The notes under the pieces were generated by a model. That model saw only the letters and a list, made by a program, of their open reading frames with translations. It did not search any database and was not told where the DNA came from. Both the position numbers and the translations under genes were made by a program. Shown here piece after piece: positions 9,691 through 23,100 of a DNA stretch of 64,000 nucleotides; position 1 is the first letter of the stretch, and each line of letters opens with the position of its first letter. Origin of the DNA: a virus; the IMG/VR virus record IMGVR_UViG_3300023110_000006. One strand, given 5' to 3'.

Positions 9691-11517
9691 TTAAACACTT
9701 GACACTAGATCCTGACTAAATGTCCAAGCGCCACTGCTTGTTACATATTCTTTTAAAGCTCTTGTTATAGTTACACTAACTGTACCTGTTGCGCTTCCAA
9801 AAGCTACATCTTGAAGCACAGATTCATTCTGTACACCAGCTGAATCTACAGCAATGAATGATTTTGTTGTTACAGCGGTAATATCAATATTACTTACTGT
9901 TGCACCTGCAAGTGATGTACAGTGTATTCTTGCTATTGTGCCGTTTGCCGCAACTGATGATGCCGGAACAAGATCTTCAAGAACAAGACCGATCTGTGTG
10001 TCATTAAGTCCTGTTGCATCCATACTGAATGATATCGCGGCCGCCGCAATTTGTTCATCAACGTAAACTTTAGAAGCCGCATCAGTATCTGCACTAGGCA
10101 CACCTAGTCCTGTAATTTTATTATTATTTGTTAGGTCTAAATTACCTGCTAGTGTTAAGTTTAAGCCACCGCCTGTAGTTGTAATTGTATTACCGTCTAT
10201 GGAAACGTTGTCAACTGCTAAACTTGTAAGAGTACCAATGCTAGATAAACCGTTTGCACTTGTAACACCAGTACCTAATGCTGTTGCACTTAATACGTCA
10301 TTACCATCTATTTTGTATGTGTTTCCACTTGTTAAGTTTGCATTTACATTGCTTGTCCATGAATTTGTAGCTTGTATCCAAGTCCATTTTTTATCATTAC
10401 CTGTTACCCTTACAACCATACCTGCATCATCTGCCGCAGTATCAGTTACAAGTGTACTATCATCTGTAATTGCAAGTTCTATTTGTTTATCTTGAATTCT
10501 TAAATTATTAACATCTATACTTGCTTGTGTGCCTTCAACAAGTAAATTACCTGTGATTCTTAAATCGCCTGAGACATCTAAAGTATAATCTGGATTAGAT
10601 TTAAAGACGCCAACTCTTTGATTTTGTGCATCAATATAAATTGCATCAACTTGACCTGCACCAGAACCACTTGATGTAACTCTAAATATTACGTTTTCAT
10701 CTAGTAATTGATTTGAATAAACAAAGTCAGCACCTAATGGACTAATAACTGTGTTAGCATTTGGACCAATAGTAATACCTGCACTGTTGGATACTGTTAA
10801 ACTTCCTGATATAATACTATTCGTACTTGTTGTAAGGAAATCATCTGCAACAACTCTTTGCCCACTTGATGTAAGAAGTGCTTTTGCAATGTCAGCAGTT
10901 CCTTCGTATATAAAATCAGAAGATACAATGTTGATACCTTTTTTAATATTTCCTGTAATACCAGCTATCTCAAAACCAACAGCAGGTGTAAATTCTAAGT
11001 TACTAATTACTGCAACTCTTTCTGTTCCAGTTGAAGCGTTTCCTATGTATAAACTAGCTACAGTTCTTGTTCTGTCTTGTACATCTCTGAGTGTTTCTAC
11101 TTTGAATCCTGTTAGCCCTTGATCTTTTGTATACAACGGACCTGCTAGTACTGGAGTACCTTCACCATCATAAAAATATATTTGATCATTAAGGTTGTCT
11201 ATCCATAAATCACCAGCTACCATATTAGGTTCTGTTTTTTGAACGAAAGGTCCACCAACTGCTTTAAATGTTTGGCCTTCATAAACTTTTAATCTTGCTT
11301 GTGTAGTATCCCACCAAAGTTGCCCAGTAATAGGATTGCTTGGAGCATTTGTATTACTAAAGTTTTCTAAAAGTTTTATATAGTTTTCATTTAGATATTC
11401 ACCAAAACCTGTGTAGTTTCTCCCTACTAAAGTTAATGAAGTACTACTTGTATCAATAGTACCGTCAATTAAATCAACAAGTAATGATCCATCTGTTTTA
11501 TTAAGTTTATAAGCCAT
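9691..11517 (-). CDS. tail fibre / baseplate-attached protein
   Basis: Shared N-terminus (LVGRNYTGFGEYLNENYIKLLENFS...GQLWWD); G/T/S/N-rich fibre repeats. Confidence 0.7.
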   Translation of the reverse strand: MAYKLNKTDGSLLVDLIDGTIDTSSTSLTLVGRNYTGFGEYLNENYIKLLENFSNTNAPSNPITGQLWWDTTQARLKVYEGQTFKAVGGPFVQKTEPNMVAGDLWIDNLNDQIYFYDGEGTPVLAGPLYTKDQGLTGFKVETLRDVQDRTRTVASLYIGNASTGTERVAVISNLEFTPAVGFEIAGITGNIKKGINIVSSDFIYEGTADIAKALLTSSGQRVVADDFLTTSTNSIISGSLTVSNSAGITIGPNANTVISPLGADFVYSNQLLDENVIFRVTSSGSGAGQVDAIYIDAQNQRVGVFKSNPDYTLDVSGDLRITGNLLVEGTQASIDVNNLRIQDKQIELAITDDSTLVTDTAADDAGMVVRVTGNDKKWTWIQATNSWTSNVNANLTSGNTYKIDGNDVLSATALGTGVTSANGLSSIGTLTSLAVDNVSIDGNTITTTGGGLNLTLAGNLDLTNNNKITGLGVPSADTDAASKVYVDEQIAAAAISFSMDATGLNDTQIGLVLEDLVPASSVAANGTIARIHCTSLAGATVSNIDITAVTTKSFIAVDSAGVQNESVLQDVAFGSATGTVSVTITRALKEYVTSSGAWTFSQDLVSSV

Positions 11518-13553
11518 TAAACATTCCCAGTATAAATTATATAATTCAAACTCATAAATGGATTCATTATATCCACTGCTTGACCTGTAGTTCCTGCAAC
11601 ACTACCACTTGATGTTGCCGCTTGTCCAGCATTTTGTCCTGTAGGTGCATCAAATACAATTGATTCTGCAGGACTTCCTGGACCTTTTGCCGCATCTAGT
11701 ATAGTGTAAAATTGTGTTTTATTACCATCTGGACCAATTTGTAAATCGTGTTCGTGATCTGGTATTTGATTTGCACTAAGCGTTACATCTTCTGTACCGC
11801 CAGTATTACCAAGTTCGCTACCTCTAAGTCCAGTAATCCTATTAGCGGCTGTACCTCCCATATCATCAAGACCTGCGATTGTTCTACCACGTAAGTCAGG
11901 TAATGCAAATTTAGCAACACCGCCATCACTAACTAGATTTGCTTGTAAATAGTTAAATCCTATTACTTGGAATAGTTTAGGATAATCAATTTGTAGTACT
12001 TCACTACCATCACATATAAGCCAATTTAAAGGTGCTGTGGTTCCTGCATACGGTAAAATTACACCTGGTGGATTAGTAGGAACACTTGACAGCAAATCTT
12101 CTTGTCTAATTCTATATAGACCAACTTGTCCTTGCGTTCTGTTTAATAAAAATTCATCTGTAGTTGTTGACGCATTCGTAAATGTTTTATTACTAATAAA
12201 ACTGTTAGATACAGTAGTAACAAAAGTTTTTTGGTTGCCGCCTACTTGTCCGTCAAATGTAAATGCGGGTGCATTTACTTCACCGCTCATAGCAAATGTA
12301 GTTGCACTAGAAATTTTATCAGCACTACCTGATCTACCACTTACTTGCCCTGTTACATTACCAATTAAATTTCCTGTAAAGTCTGTAGCATAAATGTTTC
12401 TAAATTTGTTACTTGCAGAACCAATTGTATATGTATTAGTTGTGTCTGGCACAATATTTCTTACTTCAGTATCACCGATAATATTTAAAGTACCGCCAAT
12501 ATTTGTATCGCCTGCTATACCTGTGCCACCTTTTACAACTAACGCACCTGTGCCAAAATTTGTACTTGCAGTTGTGCCATCAATTGTAATAGCGTCACTT
12601 ACCTTTATTTTTCCTGTAACATCTAATGCTTCACTAGGTGCTGTATTGTTAATACCAATATTAGTTGTACTGTCTACACGCATTACAGTTTTAATTTGGC
12701 CTTCATTGTTTACACGAATGTCTAATGAACTGCCACTAGTATTGTGTGTAATAATACCTGCTTGTCCTTCAACACCTATTGACAATTGGTTACCACTACC
12801 AACTAACATACCGTCATCAGTTCTAATTCTTAATTGTTCTGTTGTAGTACTAGCTACATCTCCTCTTAAAAAATTAGAGGCTTCAATTTTTGTCCCATTT
12901 ACAATTAGGCTTTCTGCTTGTTCTGCAGGTCCATAAAACTTAGGTGTACCTGCACCAGTTATATCTGCAACGCTTAAATTAACTCCTGGATTAATTTGGT
13001 TAAATCCATTAATTTGTGCTTTTGGTGTAAATGTATCACTGGCAATAATAGCAACAGGTAATTGATTTATTTCAACAAGTAATGCTGTGTAATCAATATT
13101 ATCTTGGCCTTGGATTACTGTTGCACTAACACCTGTGCTCAAACCTCCTGCATATTCTGGACCTACTAATGTCCAGCCCGAACCTGTATACAAATATAAT
13201 TGTTGGTTGTCTGTATCGACCCAAAGATCACCTGTTAAACTGTTAGATGCCTCAGGAGCTGTACTTGCTTTTTTCAAACCACCACTTGCTATCCATTGTG
13301 TTCCATCATAAACTTTTAATTGTTCACTGCCTGGTGTTGTGTCATACCATAACTGTCCTTCAACCGGATTAGCAGGAGCAGATGCGTTAGCAAAATTTTC
13401 TAAAAGTTTTAGAAAGTTTTGATTAAATTCAACACCATAACTTGTTGTGTTTCTACCTACTAAACTTAAACTTGTTTGGTTGTTAATATCATTATCTTCA
13501 ACAGTTATACTGCCTTTGTTTGTAACGTCAGTGAAATTAATTGTATATGGCAT
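11517..13553 (-). CDS. short tail fibre-like protein with phage tail collar domain
   Basis: PPGVILPYAGTTAPLNWLICDG...YPKLFQVIG...FALPDLRGR collar motif; same N-terminal anchor domain. Confidence 0.8.
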   Translation of the reverse strand: MPYTINFTDVTNKGSITVEDNDINNQTSLSLVGRNTTSYGVEFNQNFLKLLENFANASAPANPVEGQLWYDTTPGSEQLKVYDGTQWIASGGLKKASTAPEASNSLTGDLWVDTDNQQLYLYTGSGWTLVGPEYAGGLSTGVSATVIQGQDNIDYTALLVEINQLPVAIIASDTFTPKAQINGFNQINPGVNLSVADITGAGTPKFYGPAEQAESLIVNGTKIEASNFLRGDVASTTTEQLRIRTDDGMLVGSGNQLSIGVEGQAGIITHNTSGSSLDIRVNNEGQIKTVMRVDSTTNIGINNTAPSEALDVTGKIKVSDAITIDGTTASTNFGTGALVVKGGTGIAGDTNIGGTLNIIGDTEVRNIVPDTTNTYTIGSASNKFRNIYATDFTGNLIGNVTGQVSGRSGSADKISSATTFAMSGEVNAPAFTFDGQVGGNQKTFVTTVSNSFISNKTFTNASTTTDEFLLNRTQGQVGLYRIRQEDLLSSVPTNPPGVILPYAGTTAPLNWLICDGSEVLQIDYPKLFQVIGFNYLQANLVSDGGVAKFALPDLRGRTIAGLDDMGGTAANRITGLRGSELGNTGGTEDVTLSANQIPDHEHDLQIGPDGNKTQFYTILDAAKGPGSPAESIVFDAPTGQNAGQAATSSGSVAGTTGQAVDIMNPFMSLNYIIYTGNV

Positions 13554-13556
13554 CTA

Positions 13557-14159
13557 TTACACTCCTGACAAACTTTGTACTCTAACTGTATAATCTATTT
13601 GTACTAATCTGTTTAAAGATTTTTGTACTGGATGAAAAATTACATGTGTAATTAATCTACCTGTACCTGACGGATTATAACTTTTTAAACCTAGCTCATC
13701 AAAAACATATAGTGCTTCGTTACTGTTTGACGTATCAAAAGCATCTTGTCCTTGTGGCTCTCCGTAGTCGAGTAAACATGTAACAACAATGTCAGTATAG
13801 TTTGTTCCGCTAACATGACGTGTTTCTATTTTATTTCTAACTGGATCTGTGTTACTTGTACTTCTATCGTCTACAACTTTTGTAAATGTTTGATTATATA
13901 AACTAGCATTAGTTCCTGTTGAGTTTGGTGTAAGATATGTAATAATACCTGTTGGATCAACGCTTGTGCCGCCGTTACCAAAGCTCATTTCATATATCAT
14001 ACCTTGGCCTTGGTTTGCAAGGCTTTCAGCAAGAGCAATACTCATATTTTCATAGTGAATAGCATTTCGCTTATCAACATACACTTCACCTGTATTAGGA
14101 TCATGTATTTTGATGTGTCCTTTAACTACTACTCCTGATTTGTCTTTAATGTCCGTCAT
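13557..14159 (-). CDS. baseplate/virion structural protein (start revised to 14159)
   Basis: ATG at 14159 (MTDIKDKSG) has an AGGA RBS and TAAATA at 14179-14184 upstream; FDELGL motif; baseplate context. Confidence 0.65.
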   Translation of the reverse strand: MTDIKDKSGVVVKGHIKIHDPNTGEVYVDKRNAIHYENMSIALAESLANQGQGMIYEMSFGNGGTSVDPTGIITYLTPNSTGTNASLYNQTFTKVVDDRSTSNTDPVRNKIETRHVSGTNYTDIVVTCLLDYGEPQGQDAFDTSNSNEALYVFDELGLKSYNPSGTGRLITHVIFHPVQKSLNRLVQIDYTVRVQSLSGV

Positions 14160-14184
14160 GTTGTCTTTCCTGCTACTGTATTTA

Positions 14185-17100
14185 TTAATTTGGCAACTCC
14201 GTCGTTCTAGCACGAATAAAGTTTGCTATGTCATTGTCTGCATCTGCTAAACTCTCGCCTAAATTTGTCCAAGTTTTACCAATACGTCTAATAACCACTA
14301 TTTTTTGTCCATCAGTTGGAGTTTCTGCAAGTTGTATTGTATTACCGTTAAGTGTAAACTCTGCATTTGCTGTTATATCTCCTTCTGGGCTATCTTGATC
14401 TACAAATCTTGTTACAAAATTACCTTGGGCATCTTTTGTATCAGTTTGGTAAACACTAATAGCACTTTTACGTAATCTACGTCCTGCTACAAAAACTTCA
14501 AATAAATCTGCTGTAATTTCAGCTACAGTTTTAGTAGATCCCGAATCTTGTTTGTACTGTGTTGCAATAGCTGAAGCATCAAAATCTAATTCATATGTGC
14601 TTGCAACGCCATCTGCTGTGAAAATTTGAGTAATTGTTTCATCTCTGTAGGGGATATTTTCGCTTGGTCCTTGTTCAATAACTTCTGTTCCTGTAGTTAA
14701 AAGTGTATTAACACCAGTACCTAGTGTACCTCTACGTATTTGACGTAAACTATTACCCTGTTTCACAAAATATTCTATTCTTTCACCATTTATAAACACT
14801 ACACCAGGTATTTTGCTTGCTTTACTAGGAGCATTCAAACCTGTTGCATCAACAAGATCTATTTTTGTATCAAACCAATTTAAATCACTTGCTAGTTTGT
14901 ACTTAGTATTATCATCAATGCGTTTGTAGTGAACGCGATTCAATATATCTTTAAATTCTCTAAATCCAAACTTGACTGTTAATTTTTCCTGACTCCATTC
15001 AATATATTCTATAGTATCATTTGCACTGATATTTTTTAATATTTTAATATAATATGGATCATCTGTAGTTCTGTAATCAACATTTGCTACTAATCTATCA
15101 CCATTTAAGAAAACCCAAACATCTTGTGCATGAGACGCTTCTTTTCTTAATTTTATAATGCCATTTGCAAGGCTTACATAGTCTGCGAATGCTTGTGTAC
15201 CTCCAACAAGAGTTTTTCTTGTTAAGAAATCATATTTTGTTCTAGTTAAGTTTTGAATATCATGATTACTAAACATTTGCACTTCAACTGTTGATCCTAG
15301 TACAGGTGCTGTGTCAAAGTAAACTTTGTCTCTAGTTGATATAAATCTTTGTGTGCTTGTTTCATCTGTACCTACATATCCAAATGCATATTCACCATCT
15401 GCCATTAGGAATATTTCTAGTTTGTCTCCAACTACTCCTATTCCTTGTGTAAGTGTAATACTGTTTGCTGTACTATTCCATCTATAATCAATTGCTTTGC
15501 GTAATAATTCATCGTTTAGATATACTTCAACTTCACTTGTTTTCACGCTGTTAGAATAGTATTGCCAATCTTCTATGAAGTATTCTCTTTCGTTTGCTTC
15601 GATTAACATTTCTATATTATATCCTGCTTGAAGTATAACATCATTAACACTTACTATTGTGTTATGTTGAGTAGGTAATCCACCAATAGAATCTGTTTGT
15701 ATATCAAATACTGTTGTACTACCGTCACCAACAAAAGTATGAGTAGTTGTAGAACTATATGACTTATTACTTCCGTAGAAAATACCGTAGTCTACTACTT
15801 GTCCTATCTGAGGTGCAACATTAAATTCTATACCAATTAATCCATCATCTGTTTTATAAAGCTGACTTGATATTTCTACACCATTTATATTTGCAAAGTG
15901 TGTGGCATTATCTGTCCAAATTGCATTTGTAACAAAAGTATTAGTGCTTCCGTCTGCTACAAATTTATCAATGTCGAGAATTTTCTCTCCACTGTTACCC
16001 ATAGTAACAATGTTAAGAACTTTACCAGCTGTAGGTATAGTGTCAAACGTTAATGTATCATTTACCCAATCAATAGTATAATCTACTTTTTTAATTGTAG
16101 CATTATCTAATTTGACCCACACAGCATCTATACTATTAGGATGCTGACCTAGATCAAATGTTCCGTTGACTCCATCAGTAGTCCAAAACTTACTAATTAT
16201 TTCGCTTGCACCATCATCTGGTCTATGATAAACTTGAATATCTACAGTATCTGCAATTCTACCCGGAACTAGTTCTTCAGGTCCTGTAGTTGTCATAGGA
16301 GTAATAAAATTATCTCCGTCTACAATTATTTCTGCCGCATCTATACCTTTTGCATTATTATATGATAATGCTCCTCCTGATAGTTGCGTGTCGTAACTTG
16401 CACTATCTGGCTTAAAGCTACCATCACTTGTAACTTTTCTTAAAATGAACACATCACCATTTGTGCTTGGTATTACAAGATCATCTAAATTAAGTGTTGT
16501 TTGCTGACCGTCTCCTGTAATACTACGCATTATAGCATTTGGATTTGCACCTCTGGAACTATCATGTAGGTAATTAGGATCATCAATTCGTACATTATTT
16601 TTGTATACATTATATACAACACCATTTTCTAAAGGATTATCCCAACTAAATTCTACTGTTGATCCATCTAGCTGAACTATGATATCTTCATATGTATTAT
16701 CGTAAATATCATATGGTACTGTTCCATAACCGTCTACTTCAAAGCCACCGCTACCTTTAAAATCGAAGCTCTTAACTTCGACACCACCAAAATCAACACC
16801 TTCCATTAACTGTGTAATGTCCTTGCCAAGCATGCCTGAGGTAGGTGCATAGTACATTTCAATTCTATCTTGGGCTGTTAATAAATTAGGTGATAGTTCA
16901 TAATCTACTTTTACGACTGTGCCTAACTTAGGCGCATCAGTAAATATAATTCTTCCCTTTTCTCTTGTATATGTTTTTGTTTTATCTATATAATTTTCAA
17001 AAGTATATTCGCTTCTTAGTGATTCTACTCCATTTAGATAAACTTTAACTTTAGCACCATTTAAATTCATAGGCCATTTTAAATTAAACACACTAGTAAC

Positions 17101-20100
17101 TGCTGTTCCTGTAAATGTTTCTGATTTTTTAACTTCTAGTATGTAAGGAGTTCCGCTAACTCTGTCAAATTTAGTAATTACATGCATTGCTCTTACTTTA
17201 CCATTGCCAAGAACTGCACTTGCTGAACCAAACTCGCCGCCATCAGATACTGAACCGTTTAATACTACGTCAGGTATACTTGTATAACCGCTACCAGGAG
17301 TTAATATTTCAATTTTGCTCAACTTGCTATTACTTAGGTATGCTTTTGCAGTGGCACCTGATCCGCCGCCTCCTTCAATAGTAACTTTAGGAGGTAATAC
17401 ATATAAATTTCCAGTTTTACCTATTGTTATTTCTTTAATTTCATAGCCTACATTATCTTTCCACCATTTGTCAGGATACTGATCAATACTATCAGGTAGA
17501 TTAGTTATTACATTGTTATTAATTTTTGTATTTGTAGGAATAATTTTTTGTTTAATGTAATCATATCTCGGAGGTAAATCAAAATCAGAAATTGTAGTAT
17601 TTGTAGGTTCTACCTTTTCATAAGAACTTACATACTGTCTAACTTTAGTTTTGTATGGTTTTACTTCGTTGATATAATCTTGGTAACTTTCAATGCTATC
17701 ATTTTTAAATGTAATTCTTTGGCTTAAATCGCCAACATTGTGTACTGCTTGAATAAAGCTAGTTTTGAATGCCCAATCTATATTAGGTTGTTCTTTAAAT
17801 GCATATCTTAGGCTTGCTACAAATAACTTGTTGTATTCGTCATTCAGATTGTCAACAAACAAATTGTCTCTCAAAACTTCAAGTATAATACGTGTTTCAG
17901 TAACAGGCTGATTGTCATAAAAATTAGTATCAAAAGTGTTACTATCAAATCCAGTTAAATTATTTTCAACATCATACAACCCTGACTTAAATTGTATTGT
18001 TGCATTTTGTTTACCAACTACTGCATAATTTACTGTGTAATCTACATTTTGTTGATCGTCTATCTTTTCTAACAACAACCAACCGCCTGTGCCAACACTA
18101 CTAATTTTTACAATATCACCTACATTGTTTTGTAAGCCATCTAACTGATAGCTGTAGTCTATAAGATCTTTAATTTCAGTAAATGCGTTGAACCCATCTT
18201 CGTACCAATCTTTGTATTCCCAAAATAGATTTGTATCAAACCTCTGCGCTACTGTTCTATTCCATTTAGATCCATTGTAATTGTATAAACTCCATTTATT
18301 AGAAACTGTATCGTCATTTACAACTAGAACAGTAAAGTTTCTTACTGTAAGTGTAGTAGCAGAATCGTAACCTTCGCCTGGATCTACAATATTAACACTA
18401 GTAATTTTACCGACCTCGTCAATTGTTGTTTCTATTATAGCATCTGTACCTATACCATTTACAGTAACGGTTGGTCCTAATCTTGATGTTAATGTTTCTG
18501 TGTAACTAGGATCAATATAACCTCTACCAGGATTAGTAATAGCTACAGACACAATTCTACCGTCTATAATTGTAGGTGTTAACTCAGCTGTGATACGCTT
18601 TGCTACACCTACAAAAGGTAAATCTTGGAATGTGTCAATTGCTAGGTCATATCTTCTTGATGTAATATTAGGTTGTGGATCACTTTCTCTAAGTCTACTA
18701 ATGTCAAACTCGTCTACAATAATATTTTTAATTAAAACACCGTTAGCTCTTTCAATTACTTCTTTAAGAGCTTCAGTTCTATTAACAAACATACTTTGTC
18801 TTGGTTTGTTATTAATACCATATTTTGCTTTTGCACTTAATCTTGGATCTGGGACTTGTCTATCTTTTCTATCATAACCTATTAGACTATCAAACCATTT
18901 TAATTCAATATCTCTATTTGGTCTACTAGAGCCAATTCCGTCTGTTAAGATTTGGTACTCTAAATGTCTATTCTGTTCTTGATTATCTAAAGTGTAATAA
19001 CTTAAATTCAATGCAACATTGTTTCCTGACAGTAGAGGTTTTACATTAAACAGAGCCATTCTATCTTTACTCTGTAGTGCCGCAAAAGCATAACCTTGTC
19101 CTGCTGGATCATTAATTAATTGGCGGACGGCAAATGCAGTTAATTTTCTATTTTCTACACTAGGTAATACCTTTTTGTTTGCTACCCAATAAAAATATTT
19201 AGGTTTACTTCTACCTGCGACACTATCCCATACTAGTCTTGTGCTGTAAACTTCGTCACCATATCTACTAATTCCACTTATGCCCCTGTCTAAACCATCA
19301 TTAGTATCAGCAATCTCATTCCATTCTGCAGGTAATAAATCAGTCATTACCCATTCATAAACATTTACTATACCATTAGGGAATGGTTTGCCCCAATAAT
19401 TTGTTTGATATTGTATATCATTTTGATAATAGTTATAATATTTAACTGCACCTATATCCCACCATAGTTGTCCTACATGATCTGCACCCCAACTATTTTG
19501 TTCATCAACTACAACCGTATCATCTCCTATGCTATAAGTTGCAGGATCATAATATGTTTTGTAACTTATTTCTTGTTCTGCAGGACCTGCAATTTTTCCT
19601 TGTACAGGATCAATAAAGTCTAGTGATTGTACTAGAGTATTAGTTTCAGTATTGTAAAGGAATAAGTTTTTAATATTTGGAATATCAATTTGATCAATTG
19701 GTGATCTATGTGTGTTCCATGCTTTGCTTCCTATTGGTTTTCTAAAGTCTACAATAATACCTTGATAAGTTGCTAAATCTGTCATTTCTGGAATAGCAGT
19801 ATAAACATGATTTTGTTTTACAAGCAGATTTTTACCAAATTGTATTGCGTTAGGATCATCAAATATAAACTGTTCAGAATAAATTAAACTTTTGTTTATT
19901 CTTTCGTACATAAAAATTACGCCAGCGTCAATATTAGATGCTTTCTTAAATTTTGTAAACCCATCATCAAAAGTTGTAGTATCATTGTCAAAAGTATTAG
20001 GTATTTCAATATCACCATTTAATGATGTTACTGCAAGCTGATTACCGTCAAAGTTAATATATGCACCAAAATGTTCTGTTTGTTCATTGTTAGGTGATTT

Positions 20101-23100
20101 TAACGTTTGGTTTAAAACAAACTGTTGATTTTGTAATGTGTAAACATATACTACACCTTGATCTCTTTTAATATTATCATTAAAAGTTTCTGATATAGCA
20201 ATCATTTCACCGTCTGTAGAAATACTTACAGCATCACCAAAGCCGCTTAAATTGCCTGTAGATAAATCTACATATGGTGCTTCTATACTTTGAGAAAGTA
20301 TATATTGTCCTCCTGGTAATTGTCTATAAACATTTACTATACGTTCTCCTGTACTATCGTTTCCTTGTATGCGAGAACTTACAATCATTACAGAACCATC
20401 CGGCGTCTGATCAAAACTCTTAGCAAAATCTCTAATTCCAAATTCTGGATCGAATGTTTCTTCACCTACAAATGCATTTAAAGGAGTATTTGGAATATAT
20501 CCAACATGACTAATTCCAATATCTAATGCTGTCCAATCAGCTTGTATAAATGCACTTCCGCTTGCAATGTTTCTAAGAGCTTGATATGGTTTTCCTAAAT
20601 ATTCTACAATTTCATTTTGTTTATAGAATGTTTGTGAATCAAACTCTCCTCTAAATAAAGGATTAATATCTAAATTAAAATCAAAAGTATTTGCATCTGT
20701 ATCAGTGCCATGTTTAATAAAATGTATACTACCTGCATTATTGGAAGTATTGTTACCATTGCTTGCTACTGAAATTCTATAAATTCCACCATCTTTTGAA
20801 AAACTAATTTCATCGCCCAGTCTCTTGTAGTTTTGTCTTTCTGGCACAGTATAACTATTATAAACTTGGTACTGTCCGGTGTTACTTATATCATATACAG
20901 TAAACATACCTTCTTCTGTTAAGCCACTCACTGTTGTACCAGGACCGTCTTTAACAATTAGGTTGTTTACAAGATTCCAGTCGTTATTATTTGAGGAAGG
21001 AATATTTGGATCCCTTGGAATACCCTGTAATGTGTCTACATCATAGAAGAAGTATTCAAAATTAGTAAGTTGAGATTGAGCAACGTTTGCAAAATTACTG
21101 TCCTCTTCTATAACAATAATTTTACCAACCAACGAACCAGCAATGCTTACTTGCTTAATTTCACCTATAGGTCTTGCGTTTGCCCTAATTCGAAGTATGT
21201 TTGCAGTTGTTCCAAAATTATCACCAACACTCCATGTACCTGTGACATTTTTAACATAGATTCTTACATCGTTAAATTGTCGTTTGTAAAACGCAACTTC
21301 TGCTTCAGCACCTGTAACACTGTCTCTAACTGTATCGCCTATTACTAATTCAAATGGTAACTGTTGTCCGCCAACATTTTGGAACTGTGTGAATTCAAAA
21401 TCAATATAACCATCCCATAAATCACTTACTGTATGCTCTTTGTTAATTAATGTTCTGTCAATTGCTGTATCAGTGAAATCAGTATTAATTACATCTACAT
21501 CCATATAAAATTTATCACCATTGCTTAGTGTAGATGTAAATGTAGCTGGTCCTCTTACAGTCCATAGAGGAGATGGATAAACTGCAAAGTTGTTGTTTGG
21601 ATCTCCTTCGTATGTAAGTGTTTCCATAAATGATGCTTGTTCATTTAAAGTAACTGGCAAAAGTAGTTGTGTTTGATTGTTTTGAGCTGTAACTTCTGTA
21701 GGTGTAATGTTGTAATAAAAGTTAGGTGTTGTTCTTCCACTTGCGGCAGTCAATATATCAACATACACTAATCCATGACCCGGATCTGTAAACACGTTTG
21801 AACTATCGTTACTTGTAGTATATGTTGGTGTATCTATCCACCAATAACCACCAAGGACATTTGTATTATCTTGGAAGTCTTCACTAAAGTCTCCTATGCG
21901 TAAATTGCCTACAAACAAAGTACCAGATTGTTCAAAAGTACCATTTACATTTGAAACATAAATTGTTAATGTTTCAATATTATTTGCAACATGAACTATT
22001 TCACCACTTGCAACTGCACTTGATATAGTTTCACCAACTGACGGTAAGTTAACGTAGTTTTGTACTACTAAGACGTTATCAACTTTCTTTTGTATGGTGT
22101 GCTGATCACTTATTACACCGTCTGTGATAGCTGGAAATTCTCCATTGAAAGGTTGTACATCAACATTGTATCCTTCAGGATGAACATAGCTAAAGTTATT
22201 CCAATTAAGAACTAATGTATCTCCAACAGCTGAAGCATTATAAGCTGTATATGGTGCTCTTACAAGTACATGGCTTGTTTGCTGATTGTTTAATTTGTAA
22301 TCACCCGCTTGTAGTAAATTAACTAAACTACTATCAGATTGAGACACAATGTTTACAAAACTATCAAAACTAGAAAATTCAATAGCACTGGTGCTAGGAT
22401 CAATTGCCTGAATTGCTTCAAATAAGTTTGGTCCGTATTTTACAATTTGTCTTTTATTATAAGCTCTTGAAGGATTAAACTCTCCTTGATAAAAAGAATA
22501 AACACTTGATGCTTTTGGTGAACCTACTACAACATACAATCCATCTGGACTTACTGCAACACTTTCTCCAAATTGTGGTGCAACACTAGTATTTCCTATT
22601 ACGCTAATAGGTGCATCTAAAATTTGATCTAGTACAAAATTTGTGCTGTCGCTTGCACGTTTGTAAATATGGACTTGTCCATTACCTTTGTATGGAATAC
22701 CAACTGCCATAACTGTATTAGATTCATTGACGCTTATACTGTGCCCAAAGCCGTGGAAGGAACTATCAAGTTCTATAGAACTTAATATTTTTTGGTGCTC
22801 GTTATAAACTTTATTATTTTTTAGTACAGTCCACTTATTATTGTCATCATTGTCTACCCAAATTATTTCATTTTGCTTTAAACTTGATGTTACATTGTCA
22901 TTTGCACTTTGTAAATCTGCTTCTCGCTGACTTGTAAAAAATGATATTGTTCCTTGAGGATTTGCATCATCATAATTACTATAATCATCTTTGGTAGTTG
23001 TAAACTCAATTATATTATTATAAACTTTTGTTGCTTTATAAAAACCATCCATATTTGTATAGGTAGTGGTATTCATATTTGTAATACCAAATATATCACC

